A stretch of 64,000 nt of DNA from Klebsormidium nitens. Taxonomy: Eukaryota; Plantae; Klebsormidiophyceae. Below, in pieces: positions 12,001 to 24,477 of the stretch. Position 1 is the stretch's first letter. The number at the start of each line of letters is the position of its first letter. The stretch lies in assembly GCA_000708835.1 (NCBI GenBank), contig DF236959.1:164938-228937 (forward strand), given 5' to 3'. A program made the translations under genes and the position numbers. A model generated the notes under the pieces. It made no database searches, was not told where the DNA came from, and saw only the letters and a list, made by a program, of their open reading frames with translations.

Positions 12001-13656
12001 CAGAAGCTTCGCTGACAGCAAATCTAGGTTTCTTCAAAATTTTGGGACGGACAGAAGCAATAAGGGGCAACTCGCTTCGCGCCTTGCTGACGCCCGTCCG
12101 CTTTGGTTTTTCCAGAGTGACTACAAGCACGCGCAGCAGGACAAAGCCTTCTTTGAGGTGGGCACTTGTCTCCGTCCCCCTCCTGACTTGTCGAGTAACC
12201 GTCAGTAGGAAAAGTGTCAATTCTTGCTAAGTGCCGACTTTCCGCTGATTTGCGGTCACGTATTGGGCACTCTGCAGAAGCAAGTGACAAACTGACAAGG
12301 GCCTCGAGGATTGTGCCAGTCAGCTCTAGATTTTCACGAAGCAGGAGATAGGACGGCGTGTCTGAGGACGAGGACGAGTTTGTCAGACGCTCTGACCGAG
12401 GTTCGATCGACCGCAAAAGCTGAACAACGTACTTCAAGCTTCAACAAGAAGCCGGATCTCGGGTCTGCTTGTGAAAAAGTTTTCTTGGAGCAGACTGCGA
12501 CGAAGACCGGTGGAGAGCCCTGCTCAATCCCCTCTTCCTTTTCGATGCAGTCGCTGTACGAGGCGACGGGCCAAGTCATGAAAGAAGCGTTCGCCGGGCA
12601 GCGGAAAGTGGGCGACGTGGAAGCGGAGCTGGTAAGGATCTGAAACATGTGAACATGAGGTCCGCAAGTTGCATCGCACTCACAGGCATTCTCCTTGGGA
12701 TTGTGACGAACAATCATCGTCTCAAAAGTCGCAAAATTGGGATCGTGCAAACCTGATGTGCGCTATCAACTCCACAACAGTCAACGCAATCAAGCGTCCG
12801 TTGCTGCGCAACGTAAGCGCAGCATCGGATTTTCAATATGTTCCTGCATCCTGGATCCTTGCATTCGCTCAGAATAGTGGAAGCTGGCTGATCATAGCCG
12901 TTCACTTTGTCCTCTCTAACAAGAACCGACGGCCCAAGTTCTCGTGCCAAGGCCGCATCTTCTGGACCGATGACTTTCAGCGATCAATCACTTCTAGCCG
13001 TTGAACTGTTGCTCTTCGACGAGATCTGATGGCCCATCTTTCTTCCGCCAGAGCCGCATCTTCCGCACGGACCACTTCAACCTGGTGAAGCGGCGGAGCG
13101 AGCGGCAGGCCAACACGCGCGCGCGCAGCATGGGCATCCGGGAGCTGTACGCCGTCAAGAACGACCCAGGAGACCCGGGGCTCAGCCGGTGAGAGCCTAT
13201 TTAAAACGCGCTGTCTAGTTACTGAAGTTACGATCTGTGCCGAGTTCTTTTGGCACCGCTTGTCGTCGGAGCTCTATAGCATTTCTCGTAGGCTTTGGTA
13301 TAGTTTTTGTTCTGGTCATACTCGCTCCCTCTGTAAGTCTTTTCACAACCCACGATTCTGGATATTTTAGCGTCCTTTTCCACTCTATCTGCCATGTTCA
13401 TAAAGCAAACTGTAAATCGATCACTGAGCGCAGAGTCCGGCCGAATGTTGACGGACTGCTTTGAGGGCGTGTGGGCTTTACTCACATCTCTTCTGCCAAG
13501 CGGTGAACGTCTCAAGCTGGTTCGAGACGCCATTTCCGTTCTGTCTGCAGGCGAGTTGTGGCTGCGCTCAACCGGAAGAGCGACCAGATCCCGGTTCAAA
13601 CGGCGCTCCACAGCTGTTCTCCAATCATGGGCAGCCTTCTGCCGAGCACGATATGA
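9026..13656 (+). CDS. Uncharacterised multi-exon protein; supported exons 10182-10249, 10513-10571, 11003-11097, 11621-11727, ~12550-12633, ~13051-13189, 13551-13656; tentative upstream exon 9026-9268
   Basis: The GT-AG exon chain is phase-consistent with GC-rich codons: ARVYKNFEETASTKFKHFFR|SEEMDRLLQTCILYFVAIFQKDAIEQRIAKAG|CTDESDREMLNAAVQDIAENLRALGPVYSSILLTQ|SLYEATGQVMKEAFAGQRKVGDVEAEL|SRIFRTDHFNLVKRRSERQ...|RVVAALNRK...STI*. I recognise no domain, and the 5' end is unresolved. Confidence 0.6.
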
Positions 13657-15814
13657 GCGGGAAATCGCTAGAAGATGGCTCTTAGCGAAGACGCTTGCTT
13701 ACGTTTTGTAGTCGATACTTTGAAGTGAGTGCTGTCGACCCTCTAAACTGCCTCCGACCGGGGCAAGCTTACTTGTACATAGCTGAGCGTATGTAGATAT
13801 GACGGAGGACGAAATCAGTCAATCAACTTGGACACTGTGTGAATGTGAAGACACGTGGCAGCTCAAACGCGATGAGTTTGTCAGTTCCGAGGTTTCACTT
13901 GCGAGACGATGCCGTCAGCATTACGCAATGAATACTGATACCGCTTGACTAGGTCGTTGAGCTAGGCAGGATGTTCCAAAGCATGTCCCACAGTTGTGAG
14001 TAAGATAGCTGATATTCAGCCATTTATTAAGGGCTTGACGAGCACTCAACATCCATTGACGAAGGAGAACCGATCAGCAGCGGATTACGGCCCGCTTGAA
14101 GCATTTTGAAATGGTCCTGGTATTTGAACGGTTGCATTTTCCAGCTATCCAAGTGCGCTAACACATGCGAGAAGCCTTTATGACACCCAGTCAAATCCGT
14201 GAGCTTGATTCTCATTCTCGCCCCTACAATAATCACGTGTGCTGAATGAGGATTCAGCTTCAATATTTGGAGTCCGGTCTGGCCTGTGCTTTTCCAACTA
14301 TCACTAGATTCTGTACGGACGTTCCTTGTCGGATCCAACGATTAAGCAGGGAGTTTCCCGGAATGACAGGCCACTTGGTTCGATTCGCAAAGAAGGCGTT
14401 TTGATCGCTGATGCTGGAGGACTTTTGCCATCCGGCGTTGTCTGCAGCACTCAGCTGCATCCATCCGTTTCGAACCCTTGCAATTCAAGCTCGGAACGGA
14501 GTGTTCTTATAACCGGGGACAAATCTTCGCAGACTTTCCTGGATTTCAGGCTTCAAAAAGCTCTTTCTTAGTGCTCTGTGCTTGCAAACGAGCGGAGCCG
14601 ATCGCTTGCATCTTTCCTGGACCTTCTGATGGTACGACCAACATACCGGTATGTTTCTGACACGTATGTTGCATGATGCGTCAGCTAGTGCACTGAAGTT
14701 GGGGTAGATGGTCACATCATGACGAGGCTCCTTGATTATCGTCCGATTCAGAAGGGCGTCAGAACGACAGACATGTGAGACGCTCACGTCACATCATGAG
14801 CTGGCACGTGTGCCTGTCTAGGCTTTCAGTCGACTAGGTTGGTCTGCGTTTCTTCATGATGTGACTAACGGGAGCTACATGCACCCGAGACATTTCTAAA
14901 CGAGTACACTACCTATTTCAAGACAGGTAGGTACGCATTCCGAAGCTCAAAACCTTAAACTGGTACGGTATAGGGATTCTGAAACAGTATCCCGAATCTT
15001 TATGACAGCACGCACTGTGAAGAATGCCCGAGCGCTGACAAAGGAGCGTCAGAATGCATCATCACGACCCAGGCTGGATAGGTGCATCTGGGCAACACTG
15101 ATGATCGTCTTGTCAAAGCATCAAAAGAGTAGACAAGGCAGAGTCGAGGTTGAAACACTCAGCTCGGACAGTGGGCAAATTTTCTTCGTCGAGTCGGTAG
15201 CTGGTGTAAAGATAGATCAGATTGTCTTGAGCCAAGCTTGCTTTTGGTTACGTCGTCTTTTGTCGGGATCGAAAAGACCTGCACTGCACCACTCTGTTGT
15301 CATCACGACGCAACGGAAGAAAGGACATTCAGAGAACGTCACAAGCATATATGAAGCGGAAGGGGCAGTCAGGACGCATGTCTTGCCACGAGTAACTCGT
15401 GATGTTCTTTACACCTGTGTCTTCTCTACATGGTGGGAAGTCTCACTTTTTGTTGAATAGTTCGAGGCTGCCTGAGTTACTACAATCTGACGACAGTTTT
15501 CCTGAGAAAGCAGAAAAGACTAGAGAAGGGAAGGTGCATGCGGGCCAGACGCAGAGCCGGATGAGGTGAAGCCTAAGGTCCTCGCAGAACCGTTCCCGCA
15601 AAGTCTTTTCTTTAGCGTCAAACAAGAGTCGTTCTCCAGCAACCACCCCCACGGGAAGCAGACCCGTTTTTTGGAGCCCTCTTCTTCTCTCAAGGGCTTA
15701 CCTTTCTCTGGAACACGCTCCATAGCCACAGTGTCGGCAGAAGCTCATGTCAAGGTGCTGCAAGCAAAGGGCTTTGCTTTCTCAACAAAAAGGCTTTGCT
15801 TTTTCAGCGCAAGT

Positions 15815-18783
15815 ATGAGCGACTTGGAAAGTGCCCGGGACGAGGAGCTGGTGTCAACGCTGGCAGAGCAGGAGAGCAGACTGGCGAACGCACACCGGAT
15901 CGCCCGGGAGGCCATTGACCTGTGTGAGCTGTTCGTGAACCGGCTGACTGACATGGCGTCCGCTCAACTGGCCAGGGGCAAGGCTTTTGGACCGTCCGAT
16001 GGGCATTTCCGACGGTCAGGAGGAGTGGCAACGCTCTCGGGGGAAGAAGAGGGGGAGAGCTCAGAGGCGGAGCTGTCTCAAGGAATTCAATGGGAAGGTG
16101 AGAAGTCTGGTTTTATCATCTTATATGCTAAGTATGAAAAGTGAGCTGTTTCCTTTGAGAAACAGAACAGCTTGAAGGAACCGTCTTGAACTGCTTTCCT
16201 GAGGTTTGCAAGACTGTGACAGTGCTCGATGTCATTATTGTATTGCAATATTTCACGTTGCGTATCTCACGAGGTGCGAGAAGGAAGACGGTGTGTTCTC
16301 ACAGCATTATGGTGCAAGCAGTACAGATCGCTGTAGATTCTGAAGAGGGGTTCTTAAAGCGACTGAAAGTCCAGCAGCGACGGCTTAAAAGCGAAGTTCT
16401 TTTTGCCGTCGCTCAAACGGTCTTAAGTGGGCTTCTGAACTTCAAGCTCTGTTCTTGTCGACGTCCCATAAATCAAGCAAGCAGGTCAGGAACTGAAAAT
16501 ATTTTGACAGAAAGATAGGCAAATGAGCACTTTTGATGGGCGTTGTCACCCCAATGTGACCACTTGCTCGGCAAACCCGTAAGGTGATCGCAAGGAGTCG
16601 ACCTGTCATGAAAGTCGGGCAATAATCAAACGTGTCAAGCTAGTCACATCAGCCTCATCTGGAGAGGACACGATAAATTCTCTCGCTTCGATTCATGCTT
16701 CCGACTTGCCACGCTTGACCTGGGAGGCCATTGACTGCAATGCTCAAACTTTTGTAAGAAAGCAGATGCTTTCGACAAACGCTCCCTGCCGGTCAACCTT
16801 TCCCGGTCATCCCTCACAGTCTCGATTTGTGTCCGCGAGAAGACGAGATTACAAACAGTGAAACCAATTGCAAATGCTTTGCAAGCTCGGCGTAATGCCC
16901 CCGGCCTCATTTTTAAAAAGCACCTTCACCAACCTTCAAAAATGCATTTCGCAGAGGCAGTTCTGCGCATCCGGGCCCCTCAAACGGCCGCCCCCGAAGA
17001 CTTTCCCAAGTGTTCGGAAGAGGCCATCGGAGGGGACGTTGAACCGGGGAGCAGTCAGGTGGAAACCGGGGCGAAAACCGACTTCTGTTTTGGCACTCCT
17101 GGAAGCGCGGTGCAATGCCCCGTGTGCCTGGACGACGTCACAATCGTACCGCCGATGGGCGGGAGGAGTGACCGGGAGGCCGTGACTGAGGTGGCGACAT
17201 TGAGGTATGCAGGAAAGAAGTACACCAACCGTCAGCGACATACGTCTTCATAGTTCTCTCCAGATGACAGTTGGGATTCTGCGAGGGACCTATTCTTGAA
17301 GTGCTCATAAGCGCTCTTTGTAAAAACTAGTACGTTACAGATCTGCCAGCTTGCCTGAAGAAATTGGCGGGGTATCTTGTGGCTGCCCGTCAACCTTCAA
17401 TCGCTTAAAATCCTTTGTGCAGTTCTGCGTCTTTGACGTTCCATGTAGTTTAATGCAGGGATATCGCCCACATAGTATAGAAGCGGGTTCAAATGTTTGA
17501 CCTTATGTTACTGAATCCTGAAGTTGTCCCGAGACCGCAAGAAACATCGATCTGGACTAAGTTAAGAGCCAAAGTATGCCACTGTATCCCAGCCCTGCAT
17601 GATTAAAGCAACCAAGTGTAGCTATTCAAAGTCCTTCCAAGTGTAGCTATTCGAAGTCCTTAGTCTGAATCAATCTGATGCTCCGCAGTGATCAGACGCG
17701 AACACGTCCACCGGCGGAACATACACCGGTCCAGTCTGAGTCGCAATCGGGCTTCCACACCGGGTCATTACCCCATCCTCAATATAATCAACCGGTTCAT
17801 ATAAGTGGCTATGCTCGAACTACATTCCAAAATAAGTGAAACCTTAACCCTCCGCTTGCAGATGCGGTCACCACATCCACCTCTGCTGCCTGCTCCCCTG
17901 CTTCCTCGCCATACCCGAATACTCGTCCCGACCGCGGCCTTCCGCGTTCCGCTGCCCAGTCTGCCGGATTCCGCTTTCCGAAACCCTGGGGGCCCTTCTC
18001 CGGCAATGCAATTCCGCTCACGGCGGAACGCGGATCCAGTCTGGCGGAGTTGGGCGCTCTAGTTCCGTCGCTGGAGCGTTCCGTCGGATTGCTGCCCGGG
18101 ACAGTCTGCCAGCGGCGGAAGAGGATGCCCGGGTGCCGCGCGTGCGCCGTACTGAAGGCGGAACTGGAACCGGAATCAGACATGGGAACGGAACCGGTAC
18201 CGAAAACGGACGCCCGATCGGAACGACTCTCCGGGCCGTAGCCAGGCAGAGCATGCCAGGGACGGGCGCCGCCGGACTGGGCAGAGGACGGCGGAACAGC
18301 GGAAATGGAAACCAGAACGGCGGAGTCAGCATCAGCGGAAGCCTGCTCACTTCGTTTCAGCGACCGTTGCAGAGCTCCTTCGGATTAGAGGGGGCGGTTC
18401 TCGATTCCGACGTTGGGCCAGTTTCCGATTTTGGTCCCGGCTCCGTTTCTGGTTCCGGCTCCCGTTCCGAATCAGACTCCGATCGAGAGACGGAAGGTCC
18501 GCGGAACCGGGCCACGGCGCTTCAAGCAGAGACGGAACTGGAAGCGGTGCTGACGTCAGAGCGAGTGGCGCAGCCGGGTCTGCGGCGGCTGCCACGTGGC
18601 AGCCACGAACAGCTGAGACGTGTCAGTCCGTCGCCGACGCTCGCGGAAGCGATCTCCGCCAGCAGGGAGCGAATGGAGATCCGGGCGCACGTGCGTGCGC
18701 ACCTGGCACGGCCTGGGCCGAGTCAGGAGGCGACACGTGGCGACGAGAGCGCCCCTGGTGAGGCCTACAGAATCGACTTGTAA
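15815..18783 (+). CDS. RING-H2 (C3H2C3) E3 ubiquitin ligase; exons 15815-16097, 16955-17204, 17862-18783
   Basis: The spliced product contains CPVC...LR|CGHHIHLCCLLPCF...FRCPVC, the RING-H2 pattern split by a phase-2 intron. It has an N-terminal helical segment and a disordered G/S/R-rich C-terminus. All junctions are GT-AG and phase-consistent. Confidence 0.85.
17612..17661. repeat. 25-bp tandem duplication in an intron
   Basis: ccaagtgtagctattcaaagtcctt is followed by ccaagtgtagctattcgaagtcctt (1 mismatch). Confidence 0.9.
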
Positions 18784-19582
18784 AAGTTAACTTAAACTTT
18801 GCCGATGGGGTCCAAGATGTTATTATGAATGGATGGTTTTGGACGAGCAGGCGGTTCACATGATAGGCAACGTCGTTTTCTGTTCTGCTCTTGTCCGAAG
18901 TTTCAACGGCCAATTTCGGTCAAGCAGTCGAAACCGCAGGCGGGAAGCAAGCTGCCATATTCGTTTCATTAGTACCACGAATTCCTACTTGGAATTTCGC
19001 ATTACCGCAAATATCTCCATGAAGTTACGTGATCTTCCGGTAAGTGACATCCTATAGGTATAAATTCCGGTCTTTCATTCAAACCGCATACTCGATAGTA
19101 CACAGTACCGTGATAAAAAGCGTCAGATACTCCCGAGGACTTTTGATACCTTTCAACGTCACCTGCAATCAGTTTGAATCATCCCTGAAAATGATTCCGT
19201 CCAATCAAAGTCTCCCTCAGAGGGAAGTTCATTCGCTGAGACTCGATAAAGTGTCCACGCTGTCTTGCATTCAATCTTCTCAAGTTTGCTTCGGCTACCT
19301 GACTGATTCGCCTCTTCATTTCCATGTTCTCTAAACTCACCGGGCTTTTTTTGAGCGTGATTGTCCGCTTTGCCGTAAACTGCGTCCTCCACAAGACCCG
19401 TTCGGGCCGAAAGCCGATTCCTCCTCTGCATCCTTCTGCGTCGGACAGAAAATCTGAAGCACTTTTTGCCGGAGATCTCGCTTTTAGGATCTCCTACAAC
19501 CTCGCCTACAGCAATCACGCCCCGTTCCTTCCATTCCTTAACGAACATTGGTTTCACCACCGCAGCTGTTGACGTGGCAGCC

Positions 19583-20368
19583 ATGTTACGGGCCCGACGC
19601 AGCGCGGTTCTCTCCACCGACCCCGCATCGCGTCAGCAGAGGCAGGCCCTGCTAGCTGCCAACCAACCCCCGGGCACATCCCCCGGGCACGATTACGCTA
19701 ACCTAAACGCTAACCCAGGCGCTGATCCGGTCTTGCAAGCCTCCATTCAGCACGTTCACCCGGACGAGATGGGGACTATCGGCGTCCCTGCTTCCGAACG
19801 GTTCGCTCCTCCGGTTGTTCCTAACCGCCCGGTGATAGGAAACTTGCTCACTCATCAGGAGCTCTGGGTTACGCTCGACCGATCAACCGCGGGCCGGATG
19901 CGGGGACCCGGCGGCTCGGAACCAGACATCAACCCGGGCGGTGCGAACCGAGGAGTTTTGGCACCAGGGGCGGTTGACGGAGCCTTCACGAGCGGAACTG
20001 TTGAGAGGCGGAGCAACGGAACGAGAGACCCAAGGCTTTCTCGCGAAGACGTCAACGAAGGTCGCCAAGTTGTTCCTGACGCACAGTTGCCCGGATTCCA
20101 GCGCGGGTTAAGCGCAAACCCTCCCATGTTGGAAGAAGCGCCCGAAGAACCGACGTACCGGCCAAGCCGGCTAGGGTTCCGTGGGCTGTGGGGCCGAACA
20201 CACCAGTGGCAGCGGAACGTGCACGGACGTCCGGTTGGTGACGGCATCGAGTACGAACGTCAGCAAACGAACATCGGAACAGGTGAGTTGGTACTTGTCG
20301 GTGGAAGGTCGGAAGGTCGGAAGGCAGTCGTCGGTTTCGAGAATGTTATGAGCGACAGCGCCAAGTAA
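19583..20368 (+). CDS. Orphan Pro/Gly/Arg-rich ORF (~261 aa), function unknown; a possible donor at ~20283 may continue it
   Basis: A long GC-rich open frame from ATG 19583 (gcagccATG) stands out from lower-GC flanks. No domain recognised. Confidence 0.45.
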   Translation: MLRARRSAVLSTDPASRQQRQALLAANQPPGTSPGHDYANLNANPGADPVLQASIQHVHPDEMGTIGVPASERFAPPVVPNRPVIGNLLTHQELWVTLDRSTAGRMRGPGGSEPDINPGGANRGVLAPGAVDGAFTSGTVERRSNGTRDPRLSREDVNEGRQVVPDAQLPGFQRGLSANPPMLEEAPEEPTYRPSRLGFRGLWGRTHQWQRNVHGRPVGDGIEYERQQTNIGTGELVLVGGRSEGRKAVVGFENVMSDSAK

Positions 20369-23300
20369 TGCTGGAGGATACGGACGGCTCGGGCTTGGAT
20401 AGGGAGTTGCGAACTGAATGCGTCGCCGCTCTTGCCCATTTGAAGTGCGAGTATTAGGAGAACATCTTTTGTAGTTGAAGTTGTTTTGAAGACTCAATGT
20501 AAGGAATTGCTTTTTCATGAACTATAGAGACAATAGTGGAAGGTCCAAAGCCCAAACTGGATCAACGAAAACCATAGAATCTTCAGACGAGCAAACAGAA
20601 ACAAAGTCGAATCCTAAGGGACACTGCGCCTGACCACATGGGATCGAGGCGTAACGAAGTCGCTCGTTTCGATTCTGAAAACATTCGAAAATGGTTCAAT
20701 GGCTTTCTCAACACTCCCCGTCGATTTCATAAGCGTTTCGCAGCCGTGCCACGGTCTTTCGCAATGCAAGATGCATAGTAAGTGCTACTTCTGGGCCTCT
20801 AAGCAGTTGCACCGCCCCCCGACCGCGAACCACTTCCCGCGACACCACCGCCCCAGTCTCAAAACGGCGGAGCAGCGCCCGGGACGTCTTCTCCCGGGCG
20901 GCGGAGGCGCCGACTGTGGAGCTGGATTTTGACTCGTGAGCCCGGCAACCAGGCGTGGATTGAGGAGCTGAGGACCGAACCGCGCGTATGCACCAATGAG
21001 GAGGTGACACGTGGCAGCAACGCACGGCGGGCCTGGCGCGCTTGAAAGCCCCAGACTCGTTGCGTTTCGAGAGTCGCTTGCTATAGCGTATTGCATGCGA
21101 TGGTGCTGTCTTCGTGATACATGAACGGTGAAGTAACAGGAGTTCTCTTTCAGTAGAAGTAGTCAGGCTTTGCTCAACCTGCTACTATGACGGCTGAAGG
21201 AAACCGCAAAGGCAGATTTGTGAAGCAGTACCTCAAACGGACAGTTAATCGTTGAGGAGCCGTGTGTTGCGTCAAAGGCAACACACGGCAGCCAATGATC
21301 GAAGTCTAGTCCTAACGATCTAGCCGATGATGCTCTTCGCACACGTTCTGTTCGTTTAAACGTTCTGTTCGCTGTTCAGTGCTGAAAATTCGTAATGTCT
21401 TTGGATATAAACAGTCGTGAAACTGTAGGCAACGAGGGGGCGCATACGGAGAAGTCGACAGTGCCGACTGGAAGCACCTTATTTGGAGTCTGTGACTGTT
21501 GTCAGGATCCCAATGACCACATTTTTGGAAAGTAATCACCATGGAAAAAAAGGGTAATAATTGACGTAACGAGGTTGAGGAGGCATAACGGATTTGAAGA
21601 TCTGTACAAGAGTTACTGGAGGCAGCACTAGTAGCGAATAGGGAGGCCCCTCACCGAATGCAACCAACCATTCTTGTCGAGTTCGATTCAACGGATTGGG
21701 ATTCCATTGCCTTGCGTACGCCCTTGATATTTTTAGAACAGCTAGTAGGGGAACAGTTCAGATAGTCCATCGAACGGAATGCTTGAAAGGACGTCCAATA
21801 ACTTCGTCTTTTTGCAATTTCTCGACCCGAGTACAGCCTCGACCGCTTGATTCTAAAATCATGGTGGCACCGGACACCATATAATGCTGGATCGCACACT
21901 GATTCCTAATTGATGTGCTAAAAACTTGTACTTTCGCTGTTGTTATACAACTTCGGACCCGCTTTATGCGGCAAAGGATTGGCAATGCAACCGTTGGTGG
22001 ACTTATTGGTACCTATACTGACGGCCCCTTGATGATTGCAGCAGTTGGACTACCCAGTCGACGTAGCTGCCATTTGGAAGCCCGTTAAAAATGGAATCAG
22101 AAAGGAAAATACTCCCCTTTCACCATGCTGTCACACTAGATTTCATGCATGTATCTAGACGATGCATTCCTTTGTTTCCTCTTATTCAGTAAGATCACAG
22201 TAAAACCCAACCAAGTCGTGCTGCTACGATTGAAGGATCTGGCCCGGACAAGATGTATAGAGCAATTGCATGGAAGGGAGTAGTGTCAAGAGTGGCGCGC
22301 CACAGTGTTGAAAGCGTATAGCATTGGCATATTGTCGAGCTGCCCCAGTAGAGACACGAGTGCTGCTCTGGCTTTGCTTGGAGACCCATCAAGACTTGTT
22401 TGCTCGTTTCAGCGCGAAATCGTTGAACTTGCAAACTGTGAATCTTTCTAGTCATGGCGCACAAGTGTGTCACATACACATATCACAAGTCTAGGTAGTT
22501 GAAATGCATCTCGTGCACATTTCGTTCGCCCTGAGACATCCAAGATTGCATTTTCGAGGATCCTCGATCTGCACTGGCAGGCGCTGGCGTTGGCGGAAGC
22601 ATCCGCATATGGCGACCAGTGAGCACGGAACACGGCTGTTTACGTCGCCGCGATCGGCTCGTGCCTGATTTTGGCAGCGACTTCGAACGTGGATTTTGCA
22701 GTTTCAAGGACGCCGCCATATATTGAGCAAATTTAGGTTGATCGAATATTTCAACGTGCTCAAACGCTCAGCCGTTGGGAGAGCCGTGGCTAACGCCGTT
22801 CTTGACCCCTGGTCTACTTCTTGCTTAGGAACCGGGAGAGCATTCCCCGGGACACCACACCGACTTTCTGGGGTTGGCCTGGAGGCCGGTCTTTCAGAAA
22901 AAGTATCCGGAAGAATCTAACCTACGTTCAATTAACCTTTGCGTTCAAGGAGTGAACTCGTGCAGCCCAACAGGAGGGCAACCAACGTCATTGTCACAAG
23001 TTGCAGCAGCTTCAAAGTTCCATGCAGTTGAGTGCAGTTCAGGGCTAAGAAAACCCGGAGAAGCAGCAGAGCGAAGAGAGGGCGCCAACAGATTTTGTTT
23101 GAACCCTGTAGGCAGCTGCTAGGTGTGTTTGAAACCAACTTCCGTGTAATGTGCCAGCGGTTCGCGTACGGACCTGATGCATCTTTCTCAAAATTCCTCG
23201 GAGTCTCATTGTCAGATCTACATATCTCAGGAAATGGCTTTCCGGGACCTCGCTCCTACCGTAAGGGGAACAAGATCTAGGATGCTGCTTGAGCAGACGG

Positions 23301-24477
23301 TGAGCTTGTTTTCATGGATTAGCAAATGCCAGGGTTTGACAGTCTTGAGCTCCTTCTTTGCGCTTTTCCCCCGCAGAAGGCACGTTGTGCATGGCATTGC
23401 ATGTGACGGGTGTCTTTAGGGCGGCGCTCTAATTGTCCCCAGTTTTCATCTGTGTCTTCATCAACTTAGTCATGTTTGGTTTCCAATATTTGGCTGCCCC
23501 TTTCTTGGTGGTTGATCTCCAGTTCAACGGTTTCGTCTTCATAATGGCGTCTTGAAAGTAGCGGCACTGCAAAAGGGTCTGTAGAATTGCAGAGAAGACA
23601 ACAACCAAGTTGAACTCGTGACGGTCCACACCATTTCCAAACACACTTTCAGATGCAATTTTGCTACTCATGTGCTTCTACATGTCCGCATGCCAAAGGG
23701 ACGCACCCAGCTGCTGCCTCTGCCCTTTATCCGCCTGACCGCTGGATTGAAGTATCCTGCTCGCCTTGCGGTCTGTATCTCGGTTGATTGATATAGCCGG
23801 CATGTCCAACGGCTTCCTCAATGTCCTGATTCGGCGTTAAGACAGGTCTTTGAGGTGGCTTGATCTAGGTTTCCTCGATTGGCATTCCTATGGTCACTGG
23901 ACTTATTCATGTGCCGGGATACTTTACATGTTTGACGAACAGTCATTGGACAAGAGTATTCCGAAGTGCAGAACCTCTTGAGCGGGGATTTGCAACCTGG
24001 ATTTTTGAAAACTATCAGCCTGGAGACTGGAATATGCGGTATGAAGTCTCTTCATAAGTTGCGGCATCCGTCCCTACTTTTTGTTGGATGTCTTTGCTTC
24101 AGGATTCTCTGGGTGTGCCTTCATGCTTTAGGCCATAGCAAATGGTAGAGCGACTAAGTTCTTCAGCTGATTGCGTTCCACAGTGCATGAGATTGTTTCG
24201 CCACTGTCCAATAGCAACATAAGGCGTACCGCAGGGTGTTAGCCTGAGTCAACCTTGTATTTAGTGAGACGAGATTTCGATCTGTTTGACAGAACTTGAT
24301 GGAACACGAGCATTGCCATCAGTAATGTGAAATCACTTGAGCAAGAGTTTCGAAGGCCGACAGTCTGTACTTTCTTTTTCATACCCGCCCTCCGCTCTTT
24401 GCATGAGGCACAGACTCCTTTTCCCATTGTACTGCAGCCACTCTGACGCCCCAGAAGCTCCCGGCCCTCCGTAAGCT

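Noticed and set aside
14640-14655. Perfect 16-bp palindrome aacataccggtatgtt
   Set aside because: About one such palindrome is expected by chance in 64 kb.
21758-21985. Peptide MVSGATMILESSGRGCTRVEKLQKDEVIG, loosely resembling a Hint/intein block A or a cNMP-binding strand
   Set aside because: There is no catalytic Cys at the expected position, no other blocks and no exon context; likely a chance resemblance.
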